DNA of 64,000 bases from Octopus vulgaris (lineage: Eukaryota), in NCBI GenBank assembly GCA_951406725.2, contig OX597822.1, positions 112,716,001 through 112,780,000 of the forward strand, in the 5' to 3' direction. Below are positions 61,821 to 64,000 of this stretch, in pieces. The stretch's first letter is position 1. Every line of letters starts with the position of its first letter. The position numbers and the translations under genes were made by a program. The notes beneath the pieces were generated by a model, which worked only from the letters and a program-made list of their open reading frames with translations, did not search any database and was not told where the DNA came from.

Positions 61821-62400
61821 TCATCATCATCATCATTGTTCGACCGTGGTCGAGACAATGGAATTTACTATGCTACGCCAGAATTCACGGTCCATCATGG
61901 CATTACGGAGGTCCTGTTGCTGGATGCCTGTATCCCTGGAGATTACATCAGGGTAGGAGAGTGTGCGCTCTCTGGTATCGCGAGTAGATGGCTTCCAGAG
62001 GAGGAGAGTAGAAATTGCCTCGTTTTCAGCTCTACAACAATGTCCAGCAAACTGGACTCTCTTACCTTTCACAAGAGATGACACAGGTGGTAGTTTCCCA
62101 TATATTTGCATTTTGGTTGGATGGCGCTTCCACGAGAGATTTTGAGCTCTCATAAGGAGGCGAGTGTAGGTTCCATCCAACCGCTTCTCAAGCTTCTTTG
62201 ATACCGTCCAGGTTTCTGAGCCATATAGTAGAATTGGTTCGACTGTGGCTTTGAAAATTTCAAGTCTCTACTTAGATTTGATGACCAGATCTTATGCATG
62301 TCATTACAGGCTGACCAGGCCATACCCTTTCTAGTTAGAAAATCTTTTCCAGATGATGATATGTATGACCCAAGATATTTGTAATCAGAAACCATATTTA
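61821..62400 (-). mobile_element. 5'-truncated RTE-clade LINE
   Basis: RT C-terminal motifs YKYLGS, VEPILLYGSETWT and FAGHC.R; (GAT)n tail; 10-bp TSD AGGCCTTACA (61811-61820 and 62401-62410). Confidence 0.9.
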
Positions 62401-62499
62401 AGGCCTTACACAGAAGAAGCTTGTGGGCTGGACATGGACAAGATGAGATGAAATGAAACAAAATGATACAGATGAGAGGGATGTCGGCGCCCACCGACC

Positions 62500-63395
62500 G
62501 ACAGACGCTCGAATACAATGTTTCTTACAACAATTCTCTTTGTCAGGGCCCCCAAACAAAGTGACTTGTCCCCTGCAGACAACTCTGCATCGAAAAGTCG
62601 GGGCCTGCAAAGAGGAAGGCAAATTCTTCCTTGTCTAAGGTCGCTGTGACCTTTGACAAAATGTTATCAGTTACTACCTCCGCAGCCACCGGCGGAGGCC
62701 ATATCGGACTACTTGAGCAGACCGAGTACTCACGGTCTCGGTCATCCAAGCCGTCCGAAAATTTACTAACAGTCCCTCCCTCGTGATAAAGGAGGACAAA
62801 CTCCTCCTCTTCACGGGAATGGACCTCAAACTGCTCCGTCAGTGGCACACTTCCCACTGACGGAGCCCTATCCGCAGGTGGCACACATCCCACCTGCGAC
62901 TCCGTCGGCGGCCCAGGAACATCCGCTGACCGTCCTCTGCTCCTCTTTTTCCTCTTTCTTTTTGAGGCTGCTCGAGCAGGGGGCTGCGTCGACAGACGCG
63001 GGGGTCGCGACCCTCCTCCGCCGCCTGAACATTCTTTGGTGAGCAACCATTGTTGCTCATCTTTCTTTTTCTTTTCGCGGAGGCAACTTCCTCCACGACT
63101 TCTACCGTCCTCCCCTCCAATGAGGGAACAGCGGGCACCTTCTCTTTCTCATGCTCCAGAGCCCTACCACGGCCCTTTGGACAGTTCTTCCTGATATGGC
63201 CAGGCTCCAGGCACAGGTGACACTTGGGAGGGGGGCGTCCCTCAAGTATCACCGGGTACCTGTACCCGGCCAATTTTTAGGAAGTCTGGAAATGTCATAT
63301 CTCCCACGGCCACAGGATCAAAGTTGCCTTTGACCCCTCCCAGTCGACCGCAGGAGCAACATCCACACTCAATAGCCTGTTGATGCGACTGGATT
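62500..63395 (-). mobile_element. L1/Tx1-like ORF1 remnant (CCHC zinc knuckle)
   Basis: YPVILEGRPPPKCHLCLEPGHIRKNC followed by a frameshifted basic/acidic low-complexity tail; GC-rich island. Confidence 0.65.
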
Positions 63396-63467
63396 TATCT
63401 TAAGACAAATCTGTTTCCCACAAAGTAGCTAAGAAATCTCTTCATTTTTTTTCAAAAAAATCTTTAA

Positions 63468-63870
63468 ACTTGTTTTAGTCATTGGACTGCGGCCATGCTG
63501 GGGTACGACTTTAAGAGTTTAGCCAAATAAATCGACCCCAATACTTACTATTTTTAAAGCCGGTTGCTTCTACTGTACATCTCTTTTGTCGCACAGTTAA
63601 TTCAATAACTTCTTATGTAAACCGTGTCCTTTTTTCGCCACTATTGGGCCTGTCCCTAAATTCTTCCATGTACCAGTCATATTACCCCGTTTTCAGCAAC
63701 CCAGCTTTCTCTTTACTCCATCCTTCAGACTCAGTTCTAAAAATCACAGTGGGTAGACAAACCCAAACTCAAAATCACACGGACACAGTTCCTTGAGCTA
63801 TAGTAGAAGATACTTGCCTGAGGTGCCTGAACCTGGACCCACATGACTGTAAAGTGAGCTTCTTAAGCAA
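63468..63870 (-). mobile_element. Highly diverged family A relic
   Basis: CTGCGGCCATGCTGG and GCTATAGTAGAAGATACTTGCC segments. Confidence 0.55.
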
Positions 63871-64000
63871 CCAGCAGACATATCCAAGAAAATCTTTTCC
63901 TACGCCACCATATAAATTTTACTCCATCACGTGTGATATATTTTAGACAATTCCAAACCAAATTATATTAAGTCAATATTTTCTCTACCTTTTTGAAAAT

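Overview
AT-rich, repeat-dense eukaryotic DNA. The SINE repertoire looks like an octopus (coleoid cephalopod) genome; this is recognition from memory, not a search result. Only one host coding exon is supported: the first coding exon of a class I myosin (Myo1D/Myo31DF-like) on the minus strand at 34134-34231. Positions 1-34133 are probably its very long first intron. The rest is mobile DNA: four abundant SINE or SINE-like families (labelled A-D here), Tc1/mariner and DD41D remnants, two Merlin-type MITEs, a deleted Gypsy/Mag LTR element, CR1, RTE and L1/Tx1-like LINE fragments, Helitron-like elements, microsatellites and a 24-bp minisatellite. Most notable observations: (1) a tRNA-headed SINE present as one head plus 1, 2, 8 or 12 exact 184-bp bodies, usually inside a single TSD, suggesting circular-RNA or rolling-circle retroposition; (2) type I hammerhead ribozymes in short Penelope-like elements embedded in (TA)n tracts; (3) a degraded stretch with bunyavirus-like RdRp motifs in the correct order, a possible endogenous viral element; (4) a tandem pseudoknot-capable module in family D; (5) one SINE head joined to four different 3' tails. 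Nearly all ORFs in the supplied track are repeat-derived and non-coding. Repeat boundaries were read by eye and are approximate unless a TSD or TIR is quoted.
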